Below the pieces are notes generated by a model that saw only the letters and a list, made by a program, of their open reading frames with translations, searched no databases and was not told where the DNA came from. Shown piece after piece: positions 27,730-41,431 of a stretch of 64,000 nt of DNA. Position 1 is the first letter of the stretch. Each line of letters begins with the position of its first letter. This DNA is from Tubiluchus corallicola (Eukaryota; Animalia; Priapulida). The stretch covers positions 1 to 64,000 of the forward strand of contig JAQGDQ010000797.1 in NCBI GenBank assembly GCA_030141605.1. Direction: 5' to 3'. A program made the position numbers and the translations under genes.

Positions 27730-30136
27730 GTGATATGAGGTGTACCACCTGTGATATGGGGCGCTTTCGTTACTACACCACAAACACTTTTTCCCTACTA
27801 ATTTCCCCTACTACTACGGATGTCACAATGATGATGATGATGATGATGAAAATGACGATGTCAACAGCGATGGTGACTGATGACTATTATATGTTGATAA
27901 GCTTCATATTCATTAGATCTTACCGATTAAGTCTTGGTCTATTCAAACGCGTCACATAAGAATTTAATCATTAATTTCATTACAATAACAAGAGCCACTC
28001 GCAATGTGCACTAGTCAATCTAAAACACATCAACAAGTTATTCAACAGTAACAGATCGACTGAATACGTCTAGAAAACATTTATTAACAAACATCGTTTT
28101 CCGCTGTGTGGGAGGAAGCACTTCATCATATGAACATTTTCATTCAGCGTTTTCAATCAACACGGTGCTCTCTGAGAACACGTACTGCCGACAGTACGCA
28201 TGCGCGAAGGAAGAATATGTGATGGATATTACATCACTTTCCACACTGAAGTCTTTTATAAGGTTTGCTCTGATATAAAACCGGAAGCAATTTATTTTTG
28301 CTGGCTACAGAAAAATGTCAACATAATTTTGTCAACAATGTCAACACACTGTGCCACAGAAACCTACAGAAAGGTATGAACGCCGAATGGAATCAGCTGC
28401 ATTAAATTTGCTACTAGGATGTGGTCGTAAGAGTTTTTATAACAAGTTATAAATTTGTGATTTGAGTTAACTAAAAAATAAAAGTTAAAAAATATAATTT
28501 AGTAGTCTAACGGACCCCAATTTGTGTGTTTGTAGGACAAATAGACAAACGCCAACGCATTTAATCTTCCATTGCCTCTTAGTAAGAACAGACCTACCAC
28601 AACAAATGTGAATAGCTATGCCAAGATTTGATTTGAAAGATATATACTGCTATCGAGATAAAAATGCTTGTCGTGCACTTGTAAATGTTGCTAAAGATTT
28701 GATTACTAAAGACGTTATAAATTAGATTGGAAATGCAGTTTTCATTATTTAATTACAGCTATTTGCATGAAGTTTCACTTATAAGTTATAAGTTACTATC
28801 TGTATGTAATTTGTACGATATTATTTCTTATTAATCATCCAATCACATTGCGGTGATTTTTTTTTGTCTCGTTTTCTTACTTACAGATCTTTGCATTAAC
28901 TTTGTAATCGCAATTTTAAATACGTAAATGTGTATACTAGCAGAATTTTTCCTGCAAATAGAGGGGCTGTATTATTATTGTTTATAAAAGTACAAAATGA
29001 AGATTTATTTATTTATTTATTTTTCCACTATGATTTTAAATATCTATTTATAACATTGATGAAGAGTATTTTTGATTAACACACATACATACAAGTAACA
29101 AACAAAATGCACAAACCTCACGCCTGATATTTAAAAACGTGGAAATTTAATATACATTTCATGCCTCATGCGCCATTTATACATTTGCCTGAAATTTGTT
29201 AGCATTTAATAAGATCCTAAACTACTAAAACACACAAATGTTGACCAAGATGCTGGTGTAAAATATAGTGAATATAATATACTACAAAACTGTTGTTGAA
29301 TCGGAATTATTATTGTCGTTATTCGTCATCAATGTAATCGTTTTCATTGTCAGAATTGTAATTTGTCGAAAACAAATTCATTTCTATATAACTGAAACTA
29401 GAATCCTGCACATGACAAAATTCTAAACAAAAAGGGAGTTGCACAAATATGCATGAGATTAATCTACAAAAGTCTATCCCTTTCAAATTCCGGTTAGTGT
29501 TACAGCAACTACTACCTAATTGTTGCAAAAAGATTAACGAAATTCTACTTTTCTAATAATAAGCTTATAAATATGATATTTTCCTTGCTGAAAAGAGTAA
29601 TCAAGTTTTTTGCATAATTCGAAAAATGTTCAAAATGCAATTTGATTTTTGCGACACGCAGCTTTAAAGGTGTCATTGATATGATTATGTGTAGCATTAG
29701 GTAAAGTGATACGAGTGATATTCTAAACATGTTTTCATTATTGGACATCAATTAGCCTTGCAAAATTTTAATATTAAAAATAAGTAAACACTTTTGTTAT
29801 GCCATACTACGCATTTATGCTTAAAATACTTATTACTGTCACTCTCATTGGCACAGAAGTCAACAACAATGACAACGACGACGACGACAACAGCAACAAC
29901 AGGAACAACCAGCACAACATATAGTAGAACCAACTACACTTAGTCATCTTATCACTTCTCACTTCTCACGATCGTCACGTGTTCGTTTCTGTTTTTTCCA
30001 CATCCATGACCGTTCTTCAACTGTTTTCCTTATCCTTCCTTTCAGTTTACTTCATTCCAGTCTGGTATTTCCATTTCCGTTTTTGTTTGTTCGTTAACGT
30101 TGGTTTTGTTTTTTCAGCTAAGAAATGTACCTTTAA

Positions 30137-30597
30137 CCCTTTCATACCCGTTGTATCCCGTGGGATACGAGAATATTTTGTGCCTTTAAAATTAATATAA
30201 TTTTAAAACTGACAGTTATTTGATCTGTTAATAGTTATTTTGATTTAAGCTAATAACAATAGACTAAAAATGGTGATAAAATGGCAAACTAGAAAATCTA
30301 CATAGCATAGAAAACTGTGCAAGGTAACAGTACTTCAGAGACGACTTTGTAGAGATCAGCATAGCATGCATACTAAATGTCTTAAATACTTTAAAAAATT
30401 ATCAGCAGTTGCAAAATGAAGCACATTTTAGGCTTCCATTGAATCCCAATGTATCCCGTGGGATACAGGCTATATTTAGCACACGGGCACAGGTAGAAAA
30501 AAATTATTATTATGTGTAAACAAGATGGACATACTGAACAAAACTACCAAGCCAAAAAATTCTCCCTTATTAAAAAAATAATTTGGGACTGAAAGGG
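30137..30597. mobile_element. piggyBac-type MITE
   Basis: TTAA-CCCTTTCA...TGAAAGGG-TTAA, with TTAA at 30133-30136 and 30598-30601. Two internal palindromes GTATCCCGTGGGATAC. Confidence 0.88.
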
Positions 30598-32221
30598 TTA
30601 AAGTAACAGTTGTCACTAATTAAGCCAAGCCAAATCTACAGTTTGAAATGTTTATTGTCTTACCCTTGAAGCCAAAAGTCTATAGCAACGCATAGTCTTA
30701 ATTCGTAAGGTGCCATGATGAGATTAGCAATCAATCTTGCCACCTGGTAATTGGCCTGCAGCTGAGAGCGTAAATGTCACGTGATCAATATGCACAAGAA
30801 CATGCAACTGAGATAGAGATTAACCTCATACCTGCATGCACACTTACGACCAAATGCGATTTTAATGTTTTTCAACAACTGCCTGACATCTCCCAGCTTC
30901 CTTAATGGTTTCCGATATAAGAAAGTGCTTACACGTTCACCAAGCACGGAAGCCATGAAACGTGCGAGCGCGTGCGTGCTTTATTAAATGCACGTTATAA
31001 ACTTATACACGTTATACACTTTATTAAATGAGTTATAAATTGTTATACGTGTAAGCTGAAGTATAGAAAAACTAAAATATAATGTCCTAGTAAAACATTG
31101 CATTGGTAAAAGAATGCATATGCAAAAACAACAAATACTTGAAAGCTGTATGCCAGTAATATAAACTTATATACAATAGCTGATATGCATTTGCAAATAA
31201 CCTGATATATGAAAATATCAATGTAAGCCTTTAAAACTATTAAAATGTTCAAGGCTCAATTAAAAATCAGTGAAATTCATGAGTTGCAACCTACACATGG
31301 CGCATGCGTACAAGCGTGAAATAAACAAGCTTAAGTTGAGAGTAACGGTAATGATGGTGATGACGACAACGACGACGGTACACGTATTACTTTTCTCAAA
31401 GCATTCAGGTATCTAATTCTTGAGATGTAACTTATTGCCATTAGTTAAAGTACAAGTTTCTTGCGCAGAAAAACAACAGCTGTTAATGGCAAAGTTCTTG
31501 AATGGCTAGAGTTGAGTGTAAAGGCTTCCTCAACCATTTCAAGTCGTTATTTCGTGCAATTACAGTTTGCAGAAGACGTAAACGGACAAGTAATGAACGG
31601 AAATATTGGTTTTAAATACTTGTCGCTGCTGCATCATTGTAATTTACCACGCAATTTTGTGTGCCATGCAGTGTATAGAAATAACAGTGTTGTCACAGTA
31701 ATACATGTAGTAGAAGTAGTAATTAGTAAACGAATTCCATAATTAAGTTGCTAGAAAAACAAACACGACGTTTCAAACATTCTTCACATGAAAGAATAAA
31801 AGCATAAAATTATCGTAATAGATACAACAAGTCTTGACCACGTTTTAAGACAAGTCCCAAATCTTTCAGTTCAAGTCTCAAATCAAGTCTAGTCCAATAT
31901 TGCCATACCAGCTTTGAGTTCATATATTAGCTTAAACATAAGCTTGTATGCGTCACCGTACAAACCAAATTTAAAACAAACTTAAACGTGGAGGAGAGAA
32001 CAAATTAAATACCAGTTCAAATTCATATTTTCAAATTCACAGCTAATGTATTTATATGTGTTTAAAGATCCACACAAAGCGACAAATTTAAAATGAGTAA
32101 AATGGTACAGTAATTATTGCTGCAGTAATCAAAACAATGGCTTATTCAAACAAGCATGATCTATTATTGAAAGAACCCAGTTTTATCAAAAACTTTGAAA
32201 TATAAAATCATCCAAAACCCC

Positions 32222-32258
32222 AAACGTTTCAGCTGCAGAGTCTAGCAGTCATCTTCAG
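32222..32258 (-). ncRNA. Minimal type I hammerhead ribozyme motif
   Basis: Minus strand CTGAAGA-T-GACTGC-TAGACTCT-GCAGCT-GAAAC-GTT has the CUGANGA and GAAA core boxes, an imperfect stem II and the palindromic ACGU stem III. Confidence 0.6.
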
Positions 32259-32442
32259 CGCTATAAATATATAGCTGTTGGTTGGACGTTTGCATCACGA
32301 TCCCTACTAGTTTTTTGTTGGCTTTGTAGTTGTTGAATAATCCAACTATTATTTATTAGGACTCATGAATGATTTATTCAGATATTCACAGTATTATCGA
32401 AAGAAACAACTTCACTAAAAACTTAAAAATATTAAATCATGC

Positions 32443-32478
32443 CAACGTTTCGACTGCAATGTCTAGCAGTGACTTCAG
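32443..32478 (-). ncRNA. Degenerate minimal hammerhead motif
   Basis: Minus strand CTGAAGT-C-ACTGC-TAGACATT-GCAGT-C-GAAAC-GTTG; the core A9 position is substituted. Confidence 0.45.
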
Positions 32479-33739
32479 TGACTTGCATGTTGACAAATGA
32501 TGACTGCTAGTCTCTGCAGTCGAAACTTTTGACACGATTTTATATTTTATTAAAGTTTTTAAGGAAAAACGTTTCTTTCAATAATGTTGTGAGTACCTGT
32601 ATAATCTGTTTAGATTGTTTATTGTTATAGTGTTGCTCTGTAGAAAAAACAATTTCAATAACATTTTGCGTGATTTTACATGTTAAAATTTTTAATAAAA
32701 GTTGGTTCTTACAATAATAGTGTGAGTACCTGTAAAAATTGACTTGGATTATTCAACAACTACAAGACCTACAAAAAACTAGTAGGGTTGGTGATGAAAA
32801 CTTTTTATAAACCGCTATATATGAACAACAATGAAGATGAACAATGACAAAGAAGACGCTGTAGTCAAAACGTTGGCATGATTTTATACTTTAAAGATTT
32901 TAATGAAAGTTGTTTCTTTTAACAATTCTGTCAGTGCCTGTATAAATTGACTTGGATTGTTATATATACTGTTGCATTGTAGAAAAGATCAAGATCAGTA
33001 GCATTTTTGACACAAGAGTCTGACACGATGTGGCTTCATAAGAATTCCATTAGGGCTGAAAATCCTCTCGACTACTAGTTATACTAGTGGTACTCTAACA
33101 GCGACCTAATGCTACACGAGAACGGCGTATGATATCGAACTATTATCACATGATTTTAAAGGGATTGTTTTAGGCCTGTTTTTTTCGTGTTACGCTTTTT
33201 CAGTGTTCAAACCGCAAATGAACCGCAGAACATTTGCAGTAAAGCTATCAAGCGACTTAAGCCAAGTTAGGTATTTGGACGAGCCTTTAGTCAAGTCAAG
33301 TCAAGTCCTAAAGGGTTCGAGTCTGAATTTTGTGAATCGAGTCCCAAGTCACCAACCCTGAATTTTAAACACATAAAGATATCACGTTTAAAAATAGGAT
33401 ACAACCACATAGAAAAAACACAGAAGCACAAAAAATGCAAGGAAAAACACGAGCAATTGGGTCTGTACTTACAAACACACTAAACAGAAATGCATTCAGC
33501 ACCATAAAATACCCTTTCCTGTGATTTTCAGGTATGTATAGTCAACAGTGGGGTATTTTTCTCCTATTAATTTATCAGGACGCAATTCAAAATAACGCCC
33601 CAAAATGTCCTTAATAGACTCGAAAAAAGGCACCCCTTTTCTGCACTGAGAGTTACATTCCCTAACTTTCAACAAAAAATTAACTTTAACACAAAAGTCC
33701 AAGGACAGCCAGAAATCTGGCTTAAGGAACCATACTAAC

Positions 33740-34215
33740 AGTATAAGTATAAATATCGCACTTAGTCTAATTCCAGAACAAGCAATCTAAAATAAATTAG
33801 GACAAATACCTACTATGGAACGAACTCTGTAATCAAGCAAGCAGTTCTACTTTGGAATTCTCTACCATTACAGGTTAAACAAATCAAGTCCCTATCAGCA
33901 TTTAAAACAAAATTAAAATCACAAATACTAACCAGATATGAAATACCATCACACCAGTACGACAACATACACAGTAATTCAGAATTTATATATCCACGGC
34001 CATATTAATTAAATCATAATTTTTTCATTTTTTTGTGCATAGTTGTAAATATGTTTGATTTTATTCGTCGTTACTTTCCATTATTGCACAGTAGTTTAGA
34101 TTGCACTGACGCATTTGCCTTTTGCAGTGTAAGTTTTTATTAACTAACACTGATTGATCATCTCTGTAAAATTTTTATCAGTGATTATCAATGTATTTTA
34201 ATGGCAAATAAAGAT
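33740..34215 (+). mobile_element. LINE (CR1/L2-group) 3' end
   Basis: Translates IRTNTYYGTNSVIKQAVLLWNSLPLQVKQIKSLSAFKTKLK, followed by a 3' UTR ending ATGGCAAATAAAGATTATTA. Confidence 0.8.
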
Positions 34216-34573
34216 TATTATATATACATATACATATAGTCATAATCACAAAACTATGAGCTTAGACACAACAGAAATTGAGTTGACCGGCTGATTAGAA
34301 ACAGTGATAGATTGAAACGGATTTTTTCTTCGCTTCTTGATTCTGAGATTTTTTTCAATAATTGTTACTATTCTGCCATTACAGCAACTAGATATATAAT
34401 TTATTGACATGTGGTCAACAAGGCCGATCAAAAAAATAGTAAACATTTCGTATACAGTATTAGTTTGCAAGCACAGTTTACGATTTGCTACAATTAAGAA
34501 TTAGACTTGCATAGTAGTGGCAGTAGATGAAGTTGTACATAGACTTTAATATTCCTGCTGATAATGAACTCGT

Positions 34574-34826
34574 GTATGGAACGCCAAATGGAATTTAATT
34601 CTTATTTTTGCATATTAATAAATAAATTAGTGAATATTAATACATCACTTTTAATCAATACTTTGTAAGACATTTATTAATATTAACAAATGATTTATGA
34701 TTATTCATAATTGATTTATTAATATTAAAAAAACATTTATGAATATTCAAAATTGATTTACTAATACTCAAAAATAGTTTGTTAATATTAAAAATAAGCA
34801 TCATATTTCACTTTGGTATTCCATAC
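34574..34826. mobile_element. MITE with internal AT-rich tandem repeats of about 21 bp
   Basis: TIR GTATGGAACGCCAAA / TTTGGTATTCCATAC; internal units like ATTTATTAATATTAACAAATG. Confidence 0.7.
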
Positions 34827-36659
34827 TCTTGACAATGCTGAAAAATTCAGGTTTCGTTTGTTCAAATCATCCGAGAAATGGCATTGCGGCTGCTGTGGCT
34901 ACATTGCATTTCTCTTTTCCAAGTGTGTCTTTTGCAGCTCTTGCATGTGGTGTAACAATACATGACATTGTAAATCAAAAACACTGTTTTTTATCATCCA
35001 AAATACGACGTTAGAAACTGCCTTCCTTTCTTCGCTTTTGACTTTCAAAAGATTAGAGCCAGTCTGACTTCGCAGAAATGAGATCTTAAGTCTTGGCTAC
35101 AATACGGCCAATAAAATCAAGTTTCGAAGAAACCTGCCTCAATCCACACAGACGTTGAAAGCCATTTTAGCTCCCACCTGCCGTAAAGTAACTAGCAGAA
35201 TTTTAAAACTGTGAGTCTCTGGACTCTTGTAATTTTCTAGGCATTAGCGGCCATCATCGTTAAAAGGGATAGGAAACAGTAATTACGATGGATTTTAATA
35301 AAGCAAGGTGGGAAGCTGTAAAAAGTCCCCATTGTGGCAATTGACAATCAGTTGCAAAAGTGGAAACAATGAACAGTCACTGAACAATGAACAAATGATA
35401 GGGTAGTTGTGAAACTTGTGATTTGATTTTATTTTGTTGTATAGTAGAAAAACTGCATTAAATTGTTAGACAAAAACAGCCCTTAACGAACAGTTCTTCA
35501 AGAGTGTGTCACATATGTAGGATAGAGGTTAAACCAGTTAAACTGTTCCAAGTTTTAATTTACTCATGCTAGAGAAATTATTAACTAATTAGATTACATG
35601 TTCTTAAGTAATTAAAGCCATAGAACAACTTATAGTTAGTCAATCAATTATTTGAAATCTTAGTTTCAAGAGTGTAGACTAAGATTGAATTCACACACAT
35701 TTCTGAAGCCAAAAGTCCCTAGTTCAAATCTAGACTCAGTAAAAAAATTTCAACACTATATTTTTTGTGTGTGATAAATTTCATAGTAGCTTTGAGTTCC
35801 TTTCAATTTTCTTCGAAAAACTTGAAATTAAGATGGTGAGTAATTATTGGAATAATAAATGCAGCATTGATCTATAAGTGAAAGTAATGGGCACGTTATA
35901 TGTGAAAGCAATAACAAAATAACTGAAACGAATCAACAGATTTAAACATAGAAGCAGCAATAGGTCAGCAATGTCAAAAATTAAAAACGGCCACGATGAT
36001 GACAACTACAATGATCACAATGATGGGGACAAATGTAATTGCTCAGAATAATAAAACAAATTTACAGCAGTAAAAAGCCGCTATAAAAATTCAATAAATT
36101 ACAAATGCATTACACCCTGAGGGGAGGTGCCTCCATCAAACCGCAAATTGCGACCCAGTTTTTGGCATTTGATCTGTCCTCTCTAATTCAACTCGAAGTT
36201 CAATACAAAGGGAAAATTTAAAATCAAAATTTTATGAATGTTAAATTTTACAAACATCAGGTAGGCTACATAATTTTAAAATCAAAAAGTGGTCAGTGTT
36301 TCGCTTAACAGCTAACCAGACATCGGTCAGCAAAAAGCGACATACTGAAATGATCTGTAAACCAAAAACAAAACGTAATCAAGTGACAAGTATTTGTTAT
36401 AATTGGCTAATGCCACTTTTTGTTTTGATTTTAATTTAAAATTTAATTAATTTTGTTAATTACTGTTACTTATTATAATTGTTGTAGTGTTTGTTCTAAA
36501 GAATAAAAAAGATATGGAACTAGGTCCTCAGGCCTCGGGTGAGATCTGATAGGACTAGGGACCGGATCTCGGAGCTCGTTAAACTTACTTAATTCCATCT
36601 TAGATGTTGGCCTAACACAGCCCACTTAAGTCGCTTAATGAGAGCGCTTTAAGATCCCA

Positions 36660-37225
36660 ATTTTACAAGCACACAAAGACTTCTACACAATCTTGTTTTT
36701 ATATAAATACATCAACAATATTAACACGCCCTTCATCAAAAATAAGCTTCCACTCCTCTTGGAGCCAACATTAAATTCAAGAACACACAATATTAAACAA
36801 ATACGCACTAATAACAAATACGGCAACAATTCTATCACTAAACAAGGAGTTCAACTTTGGAATACCCTGCCATCAAATTTAAAACAAATCAAGTCTTTCG
36901 ACGAATTCAAATCAAAATTAAAAATACATACAATAAATCGTTTGAAAAACCCTACATACGTAAACAATAATATATATTCATCCGCAAATTTTATTTACTC
37001 ACGCCCATTTTAAATTGCATGTATATATTGTATATAGTCTATTATAATTTGCGTGTAACATCATAATGTATATTTTGTTTTAAATTTTTGGCACAGTAGT
37101 TTTTAGTTTGCACTGGACGCATTTACCTTTAACAGTTGTGTGAATTTTATTCTCATGCTACGATGTCCTTTTATGCTTTTATAGTTATGAATGTCGATTT
37201 TTTATGGCAAATAAAGATTATTATA
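36660..37225 (+). mobile_element. LINE 3' end, diverged relative of 33740-34215
   Basis: ORF 36693-37013 includes IRTNNKYGNNSITKQGVQLWNTLPSNLKQIKSFDEFKSKLK. It has the same GCACAGTAGTTT...GACGCATTT UTR motif and the ATGGCAAATAAAGATTATTA end. Confidence 0.8.
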
Positions 37226-37555
37226 TATATATTGTGCGCAGATTTCAACAATGCGCAGCTGCGCACCAATAGCTCCACCCTAGCGGAGAAAACTGGGTCA
37301 ACGTTGTTGTCATCATCGTGTTTCTGTGACAGTTACATGACGATCTTATCAGTCAGTGAATTTGACCTGTCAAGATGTACGCATTATTGCTACTTCTGGT
37401 GAGTTACATTTTCGCATTCAACAAAATTTTTATTTAGTAAGAGAACTTCGAGTGGGACAAAAGACAAGGAATTCATTTTCACTCTCCGAATAAATTCATT
37501 TTCCTTAGCAAACTGAAATTGAACATGATCAATGAAAGGAAGCGCAGAACATAGA

Positions 37556-37830
37556 ATATTGCAAATTGTCGGATTGCTTCTCATTCATCGTCAGGCGAAC
37601 AATAACAAACAGAGGAATTCGTTATATTCTATAGTTATGTATGCTCTTGAACACCCGAAATAAAGTTTAAATAGAAGTTCAGTTGTTTTACCATTATTAA
37701 TTTGGAATTTATTTTTTTTTGTAGGTCACAATTTATTTTCAGTTTTCATTTTCTATCATAGCTTTTCAGCGTAACTATTTGTCATTCTTTGCCTGACGAT
37801 TGAGGCATAATTATCTCGAAAATTTGCATT
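37556..37830. mobile_element. Inverted pair of Penelope-type hammerhead motifs
   Basis: Plus 37793-37828: CTGACGA-TTGAG...CTC-GAAAATTTGCA. Minus 37560-37594: CTGACGA-TGAAT...ATCC-GACAATTTGCA. The arms ATCGTCAGGCGAACAATAACAAACAG and CTATTTGTCATTCTTTGCCTGACGAT are imperfect reverse complements. Confidence 0.55.
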
Positions 37831-38119
37831 TTTCTATCTTTTGCGTTTTATTTTGTTGATCATACGATATTTCGGTTTGTTGGTGAAAATGCATTTATTC
37901 GGTGACGTTGGTGAGTTGCTTTAAGACGGCAGCGGTTTAAGAAATTACTCCCTGAATGGATTAAAGGTGCAACGTTCAAGTTAGTTCTTCACTGTACACT
38001 TGAACACGTCTAACTTCACGAGCATATGTAAAAAAAATTTAAAACTGTTTCTAATCGTAACTGTTTGTGTATTCTTCTTTAAATGGCAACAAAATCATTA
38101 CACAGGTATGTCTAATAGA

Positions 38120-38560
38120 ATTTTCGAGGCTACAGCCCGGACGACGGCACCATTTGCGACGATCTATATATCAAACGAAAGGTCTCGATCTAGTGTCGTG
38201 CCATTGGTGGTTTATTTTTCGAATTGGGCCCACCGGGAGGAGGGGGGGGGCGAAAAACCTCCAAAAATGGCCCTTTTCGGCCGTTTTTTGCAAAAGTTAT
38301 ACGGCTGAGATGTAGAGAACGGGAACGGGCCGAGGGTGGTCCTGGGTATGGATAGATAGCCCGTTGAGCGGTGGGTGTAGTAGGCCTATTTAGAATTCGC
38401 GAGAGGGCCACGGCGCCCCGCAACGGGCGTTTTCCCGGACCCAACTCGCGATTTTTTCGAAATTTTGACCAAACAGCCTGCGGGAAAAACAGCCTACTCT
38501 CGGAAGGAGATATATAGCTCTTTACAAAGAGGAAGGACAGGGCTACACGATAATGTGGGT
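38120..38560. mobile_element. GC-rich interspersed repeat fragment (unclassified)
   Basis: GC-rich segment; the TATAGCTC...G(G/A)CTACACGATAAT motif recurs at about 52279-52318. Confidence 0.45.
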
Positions 38561-39779
38561 TATATTTTAGGGCAAGTCCCCTAGAGGAGTATCGAAGAGT
38601 TAATTACGTGTTCTATTTTCCGCAAATTTCGACAATTTTCGCTTAGAATGTCTAATTAAACTACTAACATGTCTTATCACAATTTCGATTGAAAGTCGTT
38701 ACAAGAAATAACTGGGCTCCATAAACGTTTAAAACTGAGTCTTCCAAAGTTTATGACGTTGTACTAAATTTGAAAAACTCATGGTACATACTAAATTTGA
38801 AAAACTTATGGTACACCACGTTATAATGTAGATGCCAATTATTATGGCTATCACGTGGGTAATTTTATTCGCTTTTATTATAATGTTTACAACGGACACT
38901 GACACAAGACAATAAAATTAGTTTTAGTGTCAAAAGTAATGACTTCAATTCAGAACAAACGAACATGGCAAAATAAACTTGAGATTGCCAGTATACCGCC
39001 AGACATTCAATAAACGTTGCATATATTGTTAATATAACATTGTTGTGTTAACGTTACTATAATAATAATAATCATAAATCTTTCTTTGAAAAAATTTTTT
39101 ACAATCCGTATGGAAGATTTTAACAAAAATACCTTATAACATTGTTTATTTCGTTAAACTTTTAAATAAAAGAATGCGATGCCTAAGGTTATGAAAAACG
39201 ATGTATGAAAATTCGCACAATGTTCTTTAATTCTGTTTAAAATGACGGTAGTGTGGATATGTTTTTTGTTCCCGCTAGAGCGGATAGGTTCATTAAATTG
39301 GCACAGTATGATAATCAGGGCCGGTGCTAGTAAGTGTGTCTCTCACGGGGCCCTCCACTCTACAAAACTGTAAATTGATGTTTTATGCTGCGTGTAGTAC
39401 TCCACTCCAGTCAAAAAGCGCTGAGGGCTTGAAGCTACACCATTAGCCACAAAGACATGTACTAGAAATTGAAAATCTGTATGAAATATTTAGTGTTTTA
39501 TTACAAGACAAGATAATTACTGGCATACTGTTTGTGCATGTACCTTCTAAAAACAGATGATAAACTGAAATTACAAAACAAATAAACAAATGATCAGCAA
39601 AAAATGTTGAAACGTAGATATACAGACTGAAAGGTTCCACTGCCTGCTCAGTATCAAGAAACATATGCATACCGACACTCATTAATTCATCATAGAGTTC
39701 TCGACTCGAGAGTGAGCGGGGCCCAATTTGAAAAAATCTCTCTGACTTAAAACAGGCCCTGAGCATAATTACCATTTAT

Positions 39780-40000
39780 AATAAATTTCGGCTTTAATGG
39801 CTTTTTATGTCCATGTTATGGTCACGTTATGTCCTTGTAAGGACATTCAAACTGAGAAACACGTTATACAGGCATGCCCCCTAACATCTAATATTAGAAA
39901 CTGCTACGACAATGTAAACTTTGCTGATTTAACTCACTTCTTTCAGCGCCCTAATTGTTACATAATTTGTCATGAAATTTTGTATCTTTTATACTGACTT
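39780..40000 (+). mobile_element. Degenerate LINE ORF2 C-terminal Zn-knuckle
   Basis: LCPCKDIQTEKHVIQACPLTSNIR matches the C.C...QTE.HV...CP motif. Confidence 0.6.
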
Positions 40001-40067
40001 GTTAATTAGTATGAAGTGAATGACGTGTAGGAAATTGTATAAATGATGCAAAAATAACGTCAGTACT

Positions 40068-40907
40068 CAGGGTCGGCTCTACCATTAGCGCAATATAGGC
40101 AGTTGCCTAGGGTGCCAAATTTTTGGGGGCACCTAATTCTACAAGTAATTCTTCAATTTTGAAGTTGCCTAAGTAGCAGCATTGTGCAGCTTATGTGAAA
40201 TTCTTTAAGTACACAACACTAATTGAAAGAAACGAACGCCTGTAGTTTCTATTGTATGCATATGATGATGATGATAAATGTTTTATTGAAAATAAATAAA
40301 CATTTAGTGTAAATATAAACATTATATGCATAGAGCAGCATAGTTTAGTAAGAGCTTATAGTAATGAGCTTACTGTTAAAAAATTATAGCATTTATATAA
40401 TGACGGCAGATAAGAACAAAAGTCTTCGGTATACACGAAACAAAAAGTAAAAAACCTGGCTAGTGACGACAATGAACACCAAAAAAAAAGATTCGCTCCT
40501 GAAGCATTTGCAACCAGACCAGAGTTACGGTTGTGAAGGTGGTGAAGCTAGTAAAATGGATTTATAAGTGAAAAAGAGGAGTTAGGGTTTCCAAAATTTT
40601 CTAATGAAAAGCCGAGGGAAAATCTAGACAAGAATAGATGAAATTGCAGAAATTTGATTGCTCGTGAAAACCCAAGATGTACAATTTCATCATAAATTCA
40701 ATTTCAGTTAACACAACACTAACTGTAGATAGGTAATTGACTACACTTAATCAGTACACTATAAGCCTAACACACAGGAACCACTATGATTTATTATAAT
40801 ATCGTTCAAGAAAAATTCTATTTTCGAGGTGTGATCGGGACCGTGGGAGAAGGGGTTGACTAAAAATACTTTTGCCTAAGGCGACAAACTACTTATAGCC
40901 GATCCTG
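40068..40907. mobile_element. hAT-type MITE with perfect 8-bp target-site duplication
   Basis: TIR CAGGGTCGGCT / AGCCGATCCTG; TSD TCAGTACT at 40060-40067 and 40908-40915. Confidence 0.9.
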
Positions 40908-41388
40908 TCAGTACTGCATATAAGTATTTCGCTTATTGATTTACCATTGTGTTGTTCAAAAAAATTTAAATTCTACCTTGCATACATAACACTGTTTTTA
41001 ATGCTGTAACATTGAGTAGAAAATGTGCGTAAAGTGACATTTGGGCTAAAATCACTAACGCGATTTTGATTTGGTCAATAAACTACATACATACATTATT
41101 GTTATAGTAATCTTATTCTGTTATGATAAATGATAATGTTGAAAAATATATATAGACAATCCTGTCCTTCAATAACCAGGCTTTCGGTATTTTAAAGTAC
41201 ATCAGGTTTCGGTATACGCGTTAGTGGAACTTAACTGTTTCTTTATGATGTGTTACCTTCAATATCTAGAGTTCGGAGGCCTAAATAGGACGGCAAGTAT
41301 TTCTAATACGAATAATATTTTCGAAGCTTTCCCAGCGAGATCTTCTTGTTGTTGTTGTTGTTGTTGAATATCTGCATTAATTTTGAGC

Positions 41389-41431
41389 ATGCAGTCATTA
41401 CTGGTGTTCCTATCTCTTATCCCCCTTGCTT
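41389..41431 (+). CDS. Candidate signal-peptide exon for the repeat protein
   Basis: ATG, then MQSLLVFLSLIPLA, then a T|GTACGT donor (phase 1). Joining it to the AG at 41638-41639 gives MQSLLVFLSLIPLASGSTCG-EGY in frame. This needs the second of two tandem acceptors, so it is uncertain. Confidence 0.4.

Larger units (their letters stand above)
32140..32990. mobile_element. Nested inverted-repeat array of Penelope-like (pLTR-derived) units carrying hammerhead motifs
   Basis: 32288-32345 is the reverse complement of 32746-32802, and 32390-32590 forms a hairpin. Units share GACTGC-loop-GCAGTC GAAACGTTGGCATGATTTTA. Confidence 0.65.

Noticed and set aside
27551-27959. Poly-His, poly-Ser and poly-Met ORFs
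   Set aside because: Artefacts of (GAT)n microsatellites.
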